The notes beneath the pieces are model-generated. The model did no database searches. It was not told the DNA's origin and was given only the letters and a program-made list of their open reading frames with translations. DNA of 20,000 bases from sequence record SRR20825019_2337; one strand, 5' to 3'. Position numbers and translations under genes: made by a program. Below are positions 7,061 through 16,245 of this stretch, piece by piece (position 1 is the first letter of the stretch; every line of letters begins with the position of its first letter).

Positions 7061-9474
7061 TGAGCCTGACTGCCACGCGCGCTCGTTCTGAAACGGCCAT
7101 GAAAACGTCGTGTCTCCACTGTGGGGCTCCGCTGATTGACGATGCGATGCGCGACGCCGGCTTTTGTTGTTCCGGTTGTAGCTACGTCTACCGGCTCATC
7201 CACGAGCAGGGTCTCGATGGATACTATAATCTCAAAGATGACATCACCACGCCGGTCGATACCGCGGTGTTTCAACCACGCGATTTCGAATGGCTCACCG
7301 AGCTACAATCCGAGGGCGAACGAACTGCCGAAACGCGTTCTCCCGTCCTGAGAGTGGAGATCCAGGGCATCTCGTGCGCCGGCTGTGTATGGTTGATCGA
7401 ACGTCTCTTCCAACAACAACCCGGTGCGCGCGACATCGTCGTCAACGCTCAGCGCGGGCAAATGGAAATGCGCTGGGTCATCGGCCAATTCTCCGCGGAA
7501 GATTTCGCGCAACAATTACACCGGTTCAACTATCTCGTCGGTCCGGTTGGCGCGGAGGATCCTCCGTTGGAAAGTCGGGCATTGGTTCGTCGGATCGGGC
7601 TCTGTTCCGCCTTCGCGATGAACGTGATGCTCTTCACCTTTCCAACCTATTTCGGGATGGAAGCGACTTTCGCTTATGCGCGACTCTTTGCCACCCTGTC
7701 ACTCGTGTTCGGCACGCTCAGTTTGTTGACCGGAGGTGGCTATTTCCTGCAACGCGCGTTCCAGGGATTGCGCCTCGGGGTATTACATATCGATCTGCCC
7801 ATTTCCCTCGGAATCGTCGGCGCCTATCTCGGCTCGCTCTATGGCTGGTTCAGTGGGCACGAACGCTACGTCTATTTCGATTTCGTGAGCGGTTTCATCC
7901 TGCTCATGCTCATCGGACGCTGGGCGCAGGTTGTCGCGGTTGAACGCAATCGGCGGAGCCTACTCTCGCAACAACCCCGTCCGCAAAACCTGCGCATCAT
8001 TCAGCCCGATGGCTCTTATCGTTCCGTCACTCCTGAATCGCTGCTGAGCGAGCAGGTTTTTGAGATTCGCCCAGGGCAAATCGTCCCCGTCGAATCCCAG
8101 CTTCAGAAAAGCTCCGCCACCTTCTCACTCGCCTCCATCAATGGCGAAAGCACTCCGTGTGATCTCCATCCCGGGCAACGCGTGCCCGCCGGTGCCATCC
8201 ATCTCGGCCGCCACTCCATTCTCCTGCAAGCCAAGCAAAATTGGGAAAAATCCCTCTTGGCCGAACTCACCCGACACTCCGAATCCGCACCTGAGCAGCC
8301 TCCGTTTCTCGAACACATCATCCGCGGTTATCTCATCGGCATTCTGCTTATCGCCGCCACCGCTGGCATCGCTTGGGCACTCGCAACCGGCGACATGTTA
8401 CACACCGGGGCCATCGTCACTTCCATTCTCGTCGTTTCCTGCCCCTGCGCGATCGGCCTCGCGTTTCCTCTCGCGGAGGAAATGGCCAGCGTGGCGCTGC
8501 GACGCCGTGGAGTGTTTGTGCGCACCGCCGAACTCTGGTCAAAACTCAGCAAAGTGCGTCAGCTTATTTTCGACAAGACCGGCACCCTCACGCTGGAAAC
8601 GCCGGAATTGAGCAATCCCGAGAGCCTCCACGCTCTCGACGATAATGCCCGCGCGGCACTCTACACACTTGTCCGAGGCAATTCTCATCCGGTGAGCCGT
8701 TGTTTATTGGAAAACCTGATCGTGGGCGGTGCCCCCTTAACTCCAATCGTCGGTGAGATAGAAGAATCCGTCGGGGATGGTGTCTTCATTGACGGATGGT
8801 CCCTCGGTCGATCCGGCTGGAAATCTCCGGTCACGTCCGAACCAAGCACGGTTCTTGCGTATCAAAGCCAAGCTGTCGCGCGATTCGCATTTACCGACAC
8901 CATCCATCGCGATGCGGTTTCCGAAATGAAGGCGCTCAAGGCTCGGGGACTCGATGTCCATATCCTCAGCGGTGACCATACCGAGAAAGTCGATGCAATG
9001 GCTCAGGCCCTCGAAATCCCCCCCTCAAATGGGCACGGTCGCATGTCACCTCACGACAAGGCCGCTTGGATCAAACAGCACGATCACGGGGACACCCTCA
9101 TGTTGGGCGATGGCGCCAACGATAGCCTCGCTTTTGATGCGGCCACCTGTCGCGGCACTCCCGTGATCCATCGCGGCATCTTGGAGCAAAAATCCGACTT
9201 CTATTATCTCGGCCGGGGAATTGGCGGCATCCGCGCACTCTTCGAAATCAATGCCATTCGTCGCCGGACTCAGATCACGATTCTTGTTTTTTCGGTGCTC
9301 TACAACCTCACGGCTGTCGGACTCGCCGCTACCGGATTCATCAATCCCTTGATCGCAGCGATCCTCATGCCGGCCAATTCGCTGCTCACCCTCGCCATTG
9401 TCTCCCTGGGCATGCGCGGGGCATTTCGTGCTGCGAACATAAAAGAGCCCCTTTCCGGCCGGGAAAGGGGCTAA
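7060..9474 (+). CDS. ccoI: Copper-translocating P1B-type ATPase CcoI/FixI
   Basis: The start is probably the ATG at 7060 (TGATG overlap with the upstream stop) rather than 6997. Motifs: CLHCG...FCCSGC N-terminal domain, GISCAGC HMA domain, SCPCA, DKTGTLT, HP, GDGAND and YN. Confidence 0.92.
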   Translation: MSLTATRARSETAMKTSCLHCGAPLIDDAMRDAGFCCSGCSYVYRLIHEQGLDGYYNLKDDITTPVDTAVFQPRDFEWLTELQSEGERTAETRSPVLRVEIQGISCAGCVWLIERLFQQQPGARDIVVNAQRGQMEMRWVIGQFSAEDFAQQLHRFNYLVGPVGAEDPPLESRALVRRIGLCSAFAMNVMLFTFPTYFGMEATFAYARLFATLSLVFGTLSLLTGGGYFLQRAFQGLRLGVLHIDLPISLGIVGAYLGSLYGWFSGHERYVYFDFVSGFILLMLIGRWAQVVAVERNRRSLLSQQPRPQNLRIIQPDGSYRSVTPESLLSEQVFEIRPGQIVPVESQLQKSSATFSLASINGESTPCDLHPGQRVPAGAIHLGRHSILLQAKQNWEKSLLAELTRHSESAPEQPPFLEHIIRGYLIGILLIAATAGIAWALATGDMLHTGAIVTSILVVSCPCAIGLAFPLAEEMASVALRRRGVFVRTAELWSKLSKVRQLIFDKTGTLTLETPELSNPESLHALDDNARAALYTLVRGNSHPVSRCLLENLIVGGAPLTPIVGEIEESVGDGVFIDGWSLGRSGWKSPVTSEPSTVLAYQSQAVARFAFTDTIHRDAVSEMKALKARGLDVHILSGDHTEKVDAMAQALEIPPSNGHGRMSPHDKAAWIKQHDHGDTLMLGDGANDSLAFDAATCRGTPVIHRGILEQKSDFYYLGRGIGGIRALFEINAIRRRTQITILVFSVLYNLTAVGLAATGFINPLIAAILMPANSLLTLAIVSLGMRGAFRAANIKEPLSGRERG
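9441..9472 (-). terminator. Intrinsic terminator of tRNA-Tyr
   Basis: Perfect 11-bp inverted repeat AGCCCCTTTCC (9446-9456) / GGAAAGGGGCT (9462-9472) with a 5-nt loop, followed on the minus strand by CTTTTAT; 3 nt downstream of the CCA. Confidence 0.75.
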
Positions 9475-9475
9475 A

Positions 9476-9561
9476 TGGTGGTAGGAACAGGATTCGAACC
9501 TGTGAAGGTATAAACCAGGAGATTTACAGTCTCCCCTCGTTGGCCGCTTGAGTATCCTACC
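9476..9561 (-). tRNA. tRNA-Tyr (GTA)
   Basis: Minus strand GGTAGGATACTCAAGCGGCCAACGAGGGGAGACTGTAAATCTCCTGGTTTATACCTTCACAGGTTCGAATCCTGTTCCTACCACCA: 7-bp acceptor stem, anticodon arm GGAGA-CTGTAAA-TCTCC, long variable arm, GTTCGAATC T-loop and encoded CCA. Confidence 0.97.
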
Positions 9562-9569
9562 AAAAGTGA

Positions 9570-9604
9570 GGGCGGAAATTCACGTCTCTGAGCGATGAGT
9601 TCAA
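9570..9604 (-). promoter_or_regulatory. Putative sigma70-type tRNA promoter
   Basis: Minus strand TTGAAC-17 nt-GAATTT followed by a GC-rich CCGCCC discriminator just upstream of the tRNA, with an A-tract upstream of the -35. Confidence 0.4.
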
Positions 9605-9669
9605 GGCTTTTTTAACATCGTCTGCATTCTTCTCCTGAAACAGACTCCGGAAATCGCTTCTCACCCCCT

Positions 9670-11100
9670 ATGATGAACGAGTCTAACTTCACTTCCATCC
9701 TCTACGGATTGCTTTCCCACCTGCTGACTATCGGTGGATTTTTACTCGCCGTTTTTCTCATTGCGCGGCTGATGAGCGAAAAAAAGCAACCGGGCAATAC
9801 AATCGCCTGGCTTTTGGTCATCGTGCTTATCCCCTACGTCGGCGTGCCTCTCTATCTGCTCTTCGGAGGCCGGAAACTACGACGACTCCAGGCTAAAAAA
9901 ATCCGATTGGATCCCCACCTCCCCGCCAATGCCGAACCGGCCGCTTGCGCGGATTTCTCGATTGCCCGAACCATCACTTCCGGCGGCGGGTTTCCCCCGA
10001 TTGGTGGCAACCGCATCACCCTCCTGACAAATGGCGAAAATGCCTATCGGGCTCTGGAGGAAAATATCCTTCAGGCCACCGAGTGCATTAACATCACGAC
10101 ATTCATCATCAGTCGCGATGAAGTGGGCCAACGCATCGTCAATTTACTCGCCCAACGCGCCCGTGAAGGCATCAAAGTGCGGCTCCTCGTCGATTCGTTT
10201 GGGGGCAGGATTTTGGGCAGAGCTTCCCTCGGGGCCATCACTCAGGCCGGCGGTGAAGTGCAATGGTTCATGCCCGTGCTCCCCTTCGCGTCCATCGGTT
10301 CGGCCAATCTGCGCAATCACCGGAAAATCGCGATTTTTGATCACCGCATTGCGATCGTCGGCGGACACAACATCGCCAAGGAATACCTTGGTCCCGAACC
10401 TTACGCGAAACGTTGGGCCGATTTCGGATCTTTGATTGAAGGTCCGGCCGTTCCCATGCTCTCCGAGATATTTATTGCCGATTGGTGTTTCGCCAGTCGG
10501 CAGCGCCCCGAAGACATTCGTAGCTCCGTCTCACCGCTACAATCCGTGGGAGACGTGGAGCTGCAAGTCGTCGCCAGTGGGCCCGATGTTAAAGGTGATC
10601 CCCTGTATGACGGCCTCGTCGCCATGGCCCAGTCTGCGGAAAAAAGCATCACCATTATCACGCCCTACTTCGTTCCGGATGATGTGCTGATGCGCACCCT
10701 GATCATCAAAGCCCGCGGCGGCCGGGAAGTCACCCTGATTCTCCCCTTCAAATCCAATCACTCCATCGCCGACTTTGCCCGAAAGCACTACGTGCGGGAG
10801 CTTCGCCAAGCAGGCGTCAAAGTCATGCTCTACACTCCCGGTATGTTACACAGTAAAGCCACCATCGTGGACGATCGTGTTGCACTCTTCGGGTCTGCAA
10901 ATTGCGACATGCGCAGCCTCTTTGTGAATTTTGAGGTGGGCGTCGTCGTCCACACCGAGCCGGAAGTGCGTGCCATCAGTCAGTGGGCCGAAACATTATT
11001 GAGTTCCTGCACCATCGCCAAGTCTCCCCGGAAGCATCGATTCTCCCGCCTCTCGTCCTTGGCCGAAGATCTCAGCCGGATGCTCGCCCCTCTCCTCTGA
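9670..11100 (+). CDS. cls: Cardiolipin synthase (PLD superfamily)
   Basis: 476 aa. N-terminal two-TM PLDc_N region (IAWLLVIVLIPYVGVPLYLLFG) and two HKD motifs, RNHRKIAIFD and LHSKATIVD...GSAN.D.RS...NFE. Confidence 0.92.
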   Translation: MMNESNFTSILYGLLSHLLTIGGFLLAVFLIARLMSEKKQPGNTIAWLLVIVLIPYVGVPLYLLFGGRKLRRLQAKKIRLDPHLPANAEPAACADFSIARTITSGGGFPPIGGNRITLLTNGENAYRALEENILQATECINITTFIISRDEVGQRIVNLLAQRAREGIKVRLLVDSFGGRILGRASLGAITQAGGEVQWFMPVLPFASIGSANLRNHRKIAIFDHRIAIVGGHNIAKEYLGPEPYAKRWADFGSLIEGPAVPMLSEIFIADWCFASRQRPEDIRSSVSPLQSVGDVELQVVASGPDVKGDPLYDGLVAMAQSAEKSITIITPYFVPDDVLMRTLIIKARGGREVTLILPFKSNHSIADFARKHYVRELRQAGVKVMLYTPGMLHSKATIVDDRVALFGSANCDMRSLFVNFEVGVVVHTEPEVRAISQWAETLLSSCTIAKSPRKHRFSRLSSLAEDLSRMLAPLL

Positions 11101-11101
11101 T

Positions 11102-13117
11102 TCAACGCCGCAGATCGCGAATAACCTCTGCCCGATCCAAATTCAATCGGGCTGCTTCATAATCAGGTCGCGCGCGCAACGCTGCTGCAAATTCCTGCAC
11201 CGCTTCATCCCAACGCTCCAAGCCCATCAAGGCTTCTCCCAGGGCATTCCGAGCTGCGGGCACCTGGGGATCCGCTCGCACGACTTGCCGCAACTCATGT
11301 TCAGCCGAAGCATAACGTTCCAGTTTCAATAAGCTGAGAGCCATGAAATAACGGAGAGAATTCCCGGGGTTATCGCGCAGTGCCTCCTGATAGTAGTCCA
11401 ACGCTTTTTCATCGCGTCCCGCCCGTGCCAGCATCGTCGCGATTTCCATGGACAGCGCGCTATCGCCGGGCGTCAGTTCACGAAGTTCTTTATAGACGGC
11501 CATCCCTTCGTCGATCCGGCCGGTAAAAGCCAAAGTGCTCGCGAGGCTGTGCAACACCGTCGGATCAGTTGGCCGCATTTGATGCGCTTTCTCAAAAGAA
11601 GCCAACGCTTCATTCATCCGGTTCATGCGCACCAAACAATAGCCCAAACCGTAGTGAGCCATTCCGTAGTTCGGATCGAGCGCGAGCACCTCACGGTAAT
11701 GCGCCATCGCCTCATCATAGCGTTCCGTGCGCAAATATACGTTTCCGAGATTGTAGCGCGCGTCCGCATTTTCCGGTTTCAATCGCAGTGCTTCTTTCGA
11801 GTGTTCAATCGCCTGAGTCCACTTACCCACATCCGTGTAGCTCGCGGCGAGATTGGCCTGAGCGCGAGAATTGGTCGGCACTTTTTCAACCGTATCTGCC
11901 CACAAGGCGACGACACTCCGGTAATCCTTATTGCGATTTGCCGTCGCCACACCACCGACCATCGCCAATCCCAGGACAACCGGAATAATCCATTTCCCAC
12001 CGCGTGCGTAGATCCCCGTCACCATCAGCACGAGGACGCCCGCCAACGGTAAATACATACGATGCTCCGCAATCGTCTGCGTGGTCAGTGGCACAAAACT
12101 CGAACTCGGCGCAAGGATCGAAAAGAAGGTAAACGCCACGAACCCGACCACGGGCTTTCGAACCAGCGCCACCAACGTCGCGGCTACCAAGGTCAGCAAG
12201 AGCACGCCCTGCCACCACACTGCCCCGACGCCATCGACGACTTCCGCACCGTAATCGACCACCAGCGGATTCGGCCAGAATGACAGTTTCAAATAGAGGA
12301 TAATCGCACGACACTGCGTGAGTGCATAATCCCACGCACTCATCCCCAGACCAAACCCCACCATCCCGCCGCGGCTCTCATTGACCAACACGAGCCAACC
12401 CAACAGGCCCCACGTGGCCATGAGTGTGAGGTAAAATTTCCAGCGTGCCTGCCAGGCTGCCTTGAACGTGCCTGCCACAAATGTTCGGTCATAGAGCAAG
12501 GCGATGATCGGAACTGTCGCCATAATTTCTTTCGTGGCCATACCCACGAAGCAAGCGGCCACGCTCACCACCTGCCATCGCAACGCAGGCCCCTCATCTA
12601 CACTGCGAACAAATGCGTAGAGCGTGAGTAAGTAAAACAAACCGCCCAGTGATTCGGTGCGTTGAATGATTCCCGTAACCGATTCCGTCAGGAGCGGATG
12701 CATGGCCCAGAGCAAGGCCACACTCGCACTCAATCCAAACGAGGCGGCTCCCAATTTATCCCGCAGAACCGGACGCAGCAATGTGCGCCGAACCAGCCCA
12801 AACAGCAGCAACGCCGACAGTGCGTGCACCAACATGTTAAACACGTGATACCCGCGCACATCCATGCCACCGATCGCGTAATTGATCGCCAATGAAAGAT
12901 TCACGACCGGCCGCCCTCCTGCCCCCGTCGCATGCATCGGCGGACTCAACACCTCGCTCAACGGCCAGAGGCTGCGGATCGTGGGATTATTCACGATGCC
13001 TTTGATGTCATCGAATACAAACGGACCACTGAGACTGTTGGCGTAGGCCAGGAACACTCCCAACACGATTAGTAATCCCGCGCCTCGAATTCTCCGCTTC
13101 GAAATCTGACCCGCCAT
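11102..13117 (-). CDS. Multi-TM membrane protein with C-terminal TPR array (TMTC-like, putative GT-C glycosyltransferase)
   Basis: Start probably at 13117 (MAGQISK) or 13159; the tracked 13351 start overlaps thrC. Motifs FVFDD...NP, RPV, HPLLTESV, R.E, KE and AEHRMYLP, followed by multiple TPR repeats. Confidence 0.82.
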   Translation of the reverse strand: MAGQISKRRIRGAGLLIVLGVFLAYANSLSGPFVFDDIKGIVNNPTIRSLWPLSEVLSPPMHATGAGGRPVVNLSLAINYAIGGMDVRGYHVFNMLVHALSALLLFGLVRRTLLRPVLRDKLGAASFGLSASVALLWAMHPLLTESVTGIIQRTESLGGLFYLLTLYAFVRSVDEGPALRWQVVSVAACFVGMATKEIMATVPIIALLYDRTFVAGTFKAAWQARWKFYLTLMATWGLLGWLVLVNESRGGMVGFGLGMSAWDYALTQCRAIILYLKLSFWPNPLVVDYGAEVVDGVGAVWWQGVLLLTLVAATLVALVRKPVVGFVAFTFFSILAPSSSFVPLTTQTIAEHRMYLPLAGVLVLMVTGIYARGGKWIIPVVLGLAMVGGVATANRNKDYRSVVALWADTVEKVPTNSRAQANLAASYTDVGKWTQAIEHSKEALRLKPENADARYNLGNVYLRTERYDEAMAHYREVLALDPNYGMAHYGLGYCLVRMNRMNEALASFEKAHQMRPTDPTVLHSLASTLAFTGRIDEGMAVYKELRELTPGDSALSMEIATMLARAGRDEKALDYYQEALRDNPGNSLRYFMALSLLKLERYASAEHELRQVVRADPQVPAARNALGEALMGLERWDEAVQEFAAALRARPDYEAARLNLDRAEVIRDLRR

Positions 13118-13175
13118 GCGGGGATCGGTATCGCGGGATTTGGCTTTCGGCGATGGCATGCCGTCGATTCCGTCG

Positions 13176-14534
13176 TCAGACCGCGTGATCGGCAACAAAC
13201 TTTGCAATCGCCGCAGTGTTAGCCGCCACGAGATGCTTCTCGATCGGCCGTGACTTGAGTGTCTCCAGACTCTCATGTTTCGGCTCAACACCAATCGCAT
13301 CCTGAATCGTGTCGGGAAATTTAGCCGGACTCGCCGTGGCCAACACCACACTCACGCGATCACTCGTGAGATCCTTGAACCCACAAGCCGTATGCGGATC
13401 GATCACATAATCATGATCCCGATACACGCGTTCGATGATCGCGGGGATTTCCGAATCATTGCAATTCGAGGAAGTAAATCCTTCTGCCGAAAAATTCTCA
13501 AACTGATGCACGCCGGTCGCCTTAAAATTCGCCATCACCTCGCGCACGCGCTCCGCATCCTCACCAAGATTGTAATAAAGGAACCGCTCAAAGTTCGAAG
13601 CCACTTGAATGTCCATCGAGGGCGCCAAGCTGGCGCGCACTTCGTCCACCCGATATTCTCCCGTCGTGAATAACCGGTGCAGAATATCATTCTGATTGGT
13701 CGCGACCTTGAATCCGGGAATTGGCACGCCCATCTTTGTGAGCATCCACCCTGCGAGCACATTGCCGAAATTACCGGTGGGCACGACAAACTCCACCTTC
13801 TCACGGGCTGCTTCCGGCAGTCGCAACCACGCGTATAAGTAGTAAACGCACTGCGCGAGCCCCCGGGCCAAATTGATTGAATTCACCGCCGACAAACGGT
13901 GTGACTTCCGAAAATCCTGATCACCAAACACTTCTTTCAATGACGCCTGGGCATCGTCAAACGAACCATCGATCGCCATCGCGAAAACGTTGTCCGCACC
14001 GGTGCAGGTCATCTGTCTTTCCTGCAACGGAGAGACGCGACCATCGGGATAGAGAATAAAAATTGCCGTGCCGGGTTTGCCGAGCAGACCGTGAATCGCC
14101 GCGGCCCCCGTATCACCGGAGGTCGCCCCGAGCACATTGATCGTCTGCCCACGTGAAGCGCACTGGTGTTCGTAGAGATTACCGAGCAATTGCAGGGCGA
14201 AATCCTTAAACGCCAAGGTGGGGCCGTGAAACAGTTCCAGCACGTAGGTCTGATCATCCAGTTTCTTGAGCGGGGCGATCTCTTCGTGTGCAAATTTCGT
14301 GTAGGACCTTACGACGATTTTCCGCAACGTTTCCGCGGGGATATCCGTCGCGAAAAGCCGCATAAATTCGAAGCAGAGATCAGCGTAATTCAGGCCCTCC
14401 CATTCCCGCCATTTGAGTGACAAGTCCGGCATCGTCTCCGGTAGAAACAAGCCACCATCCGGAGCCAAGCCGGTGGCCACCGCATCGGAAAATCCCAGCG
14501 GCTCACTCTGCCCTCGTGTGGAAATATAGCGCAT
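13176..14534 (-). CDS. thrC: Threonine synthase
   Basis: 452 aa. MRYISTRG, GLAPDGGL, LELFHGPTLAFKD (PLP lysine), ATSGDTG, VPTGNFGN and ATASPAKF motifs. Confidence 0.96.
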   Translation of the reverse strand: MRYISTRGQSEPLGFSDAVATGLAPDGGLFLPETMPDLSLKWREWEGLNYADLCFEFMRLFATDIPAETLRKIVVRSYTKFAHEEIAPLKKLDDQTYVLELFHGPTLAFKDFALQLLGNLYEHQCASRGQTINVLGATSGDTGAAAIHGLLGKPGTAIFILYPDGRVSPLQERQMTCTGADNVFAMAIDGSFDDAQASLKEVFGDQDFRKSHRLSAVNSINLARGLAQCVYYLYAWLRLPEAAREKVEFVVPTGNFGNVLAGWMLTKMGVPIPGFKVATNQNDILHRLFTTGEYRVDEVRASLAPSMDIQVASNFERFLYYNLGEDAERVREVMANFKATGVHQFENFSAEGFTSSNCNDSEIPAIIERVYRDHDYVIDPHTACGFKDLTSDRVSVVLATASPAKFPDTIQDAIGVEPKHESLETLKSRPIEKHLVAANTAAIAKFVADHAV

Positions 14535-14539
14535 TACAA

Positions 14540-14567
14540 TCAGATGTCAGGTTTCAGAAGTCAGCCG
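14540..14567 (+). repeat. Heptamer array (TCAG-NNN)x4
   Basis: TCAGATG TCAGGTT TCAGAAG TCAGCCG; includes the stop codon of the four-helix-bundle gene. Confidence 0.85.
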
Positions 14568-14948
14568 TTTGGCAATAAAAGGCTTTGGTTTATTGATCAT
14601 ACTGCCGAGCATGCGGCCCACTTCCGCAAGTTGCGAACGAAGACCCGTTAATTGCGGACGGGAGATATAGCCATGTGATTCCGCATTAATCAGCCAATGC
14701 TCAGACTCATGAGCTTCCCCATCAGCATCAACAAGCTTTGCGACAAAGGAGGCTTCATACCGACGTTTTCCCCATCCTTCAGCAATGTTCGCTCCCACCG
14801 ACCGGGACGAACGGCGAATTTGATCCGTCAACGCATACCGTTCTTCCGGTGGCCATGTCTTGGACAAATCAAAAACTTCGAGTGCAACGGCATATGATTT
14901 CTGCCAAACGATCAAATCGGTAAAATGTCGAATTGGTACAGAGCCCAT
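14547..14948 (-). CDS. Four-helix-bundle protein (23S rRNA IVP / TIGR02436-like, bAvd-related)
   Basis: 133 aa. FTDLIVWQKS...PPEERYALTDQIRRSSRSVGANIAEGWG...A.GEA.E.EHWL..A...GYI is the family signature. Confidence 0.92.
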   Translation of the reverse strand: MGSVPIRHFTDLIVWQKSYAVALEVFDLSKTWPPEERYALTDQIRRSSRSVGANIAEGWGKRRYEASFVAKLVDADGEAHESEHWLINAESHGYISRPQLTGLRSQLAEVGRMLGSMINKPKPFIAKRLTSET

Positions 14949-14971
14949 TGGTCTTTTTGGAAATTGAAGTG

Positions 14972-14992
14972 CTGACGCCTGACAGCTGAGAT
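14972..14992 (+). repeat. Heptamer array (CTGA-NNN)x3, inverted relative to the 14540 array
   Basis: CTGACGC CTGACAG CTGAGAT (then a degenerate CTACTTT) in the lysC/four-helix-bundle spacer. Confidence 0.8.
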
Positions 14993-15007
14993 CTACTTTC
15001 TCTCAGT

Positions 15008-16231
15008 TCAGTCGCCGACTTTGTCCAATGCGAACGCCGCGTGCGTCACGCGAGCCGCTTCATCAGCGCGATCCTGATCGATCACGATGGAGATCTTAAT
15101 CTCCGAAGTGCTGATCAGATCAATATTGATTTCGTTGTCGGCGAGCGCCTGAAAGACGGTCGCGGCAACCCCGGAATGAGTTTTCATCCCGACGCCAACA
15201 ACCGACAATTTTGCGACATGTTCATGAATGGCGATTTGACCACCACCGATCGCATCGAGCACCGGTTCGAGAATCTTCACCGCACGCTGCGAGTCGCCCT
15301 GCGGCACGGTAAACGTGAGATTGGCAATCCCCTGCCGACCCACGTTCTGGACAATCATATCGACGAGCACATTCGCATCGGCGAGGGCTCGAAAGACTTT
15401 CGCCGACGTGCCGGGACGATCCAAAATATTACTGACGATGACTTTCGCCTGATCTTTATCGACGGAAACGCCGCGAACGACGACCTTTTCCATGTAGGAG
15501 ACTTCTTCTTTCACAATGGTTCCTGGGTTGAAATTAAATGATGAACGCACTTCGAAAACGACGTCGTGCTTTTTCGCAAACTCGACGGAGCGGGATTGCA
15601 TGACCTTGGTGCCCGATGACGCCAGCTCGAGCATTTCGTCATAGGACAGCTCGGGCAACTTGCGGGCATCGGTCACCACGCGCGGATCAGCTGTATAGAC
15701 GCCGTCCACATCGGTGTAGATTTCACATTTGTCGGCTTTGATCGCCGCAGCCATGGCGATGGCCGTAAGGTCGGAGCCACCGCGACCAAAGGTCGTGATT
15801 TGCCCGTCCTCGTTGATACCTTGAAAACCGGCCACGATGACAACATGCCCTTCGGCGAGATCCTTTTCGATCACCGCTGATTTAATCGATTGGATTTTCG
15901 CGCGGGTATGCACTTTGTCGGTAAAGATACCGGCCTGGGCTCCGGTATGGCTTACCGCATCGACGCCGAGGCCATGCAAGGCCATCGCGGTCAAAGCGAT
16001 CGTTTCCTGCTCCCCCACGGAGAGGAGCATATCAAGTTCGCGTTCGCTCGGTTCGTCGCAAAGGGACTTAGCTCGCGCAAGCAATTCGTTGGTCACCCCG
16101 GACCGGGCCGACACCACCACGACAACTTCGTTGCCCTGGTCGCGGGTCAGCTTGATGCGTTCGGCGACTTTCCTGATTCGTTCGACGTCACCAACAGAGG
16201 TGCCGCCATATTTTTGGACTATGCGTGCCAT
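15008..16231 (-). CDS. lysC: Aspartate kinase
   Basis: 407 aa. VQKYGGTSVG, VAGFQG, GRGGSD and IYTDVDGVYTADPR motifs; two C-terminal ACT domains. Confidence 0.96.
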   Translation of the reverse strand: MARIVQKYGGTSVGDVERIRKVAERIKLTRDQGNEVVVVVSARSGVTNELLARAKSLCDEPSERELDMLLSVGEQETIALTAMALHGLGVDAVSHTGAQAGIFTDKVHTRAKIQSIKSAVIEKDLAEGHVVIVAGFQGINEDGQITTFGRGGSDLTAIAMAAAIKADKCEIYTDVDGVYTADPRVVTDARKLPELSYDEMLELASSGTKVMQSRSVEFAKKHDVVFEVRSSFNFNPGTIVKEEVSYMEKVVVRGVSVDKDQAKVIVSNILDRPGTSAKVFRALADANVLVDMIVQNVGRQGIANLTFTVPQGDSQRAVKILEPVLDAIGGGQIAIHEHVAKLSVVGVGMKTHSGVAATVFQALADNEINIDLISTSEIKISIVIDQDRADEAARVTHAAFALDKVGD

Positions 16232-16245
16232 GTTCGAGAGTTTCG

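Noticed and set aside
9476-9561. tRNA-Tyr as an integration site for a cco-bearing island
   Set aside because: No integrase, no duplicated tRNA 3' end seen in the window, and no evident compositional break.
13118-13351. N-terminal extension of the TPR protein in the ORF track
   Set aside because: Overlaps thrC by about 175 nt and looks non-protein-like; starts at 13117 or 13159 are more plausible.
13855-13885. ThrC motif NSINLARGLAQ with Gly where a hydrophobic residue is usual
   Set aside because: Single substitution with the frame intact; cannot be distinguished from natural variation or a base-call error.
14547-14948. Diversity-generating retroelement or 23S rRNA IVS suggested by the bAvd/IVP-like gene
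   Set aside because: No reverse transcriptase, TR/VR repeat pair or rRNA sequence in the window.
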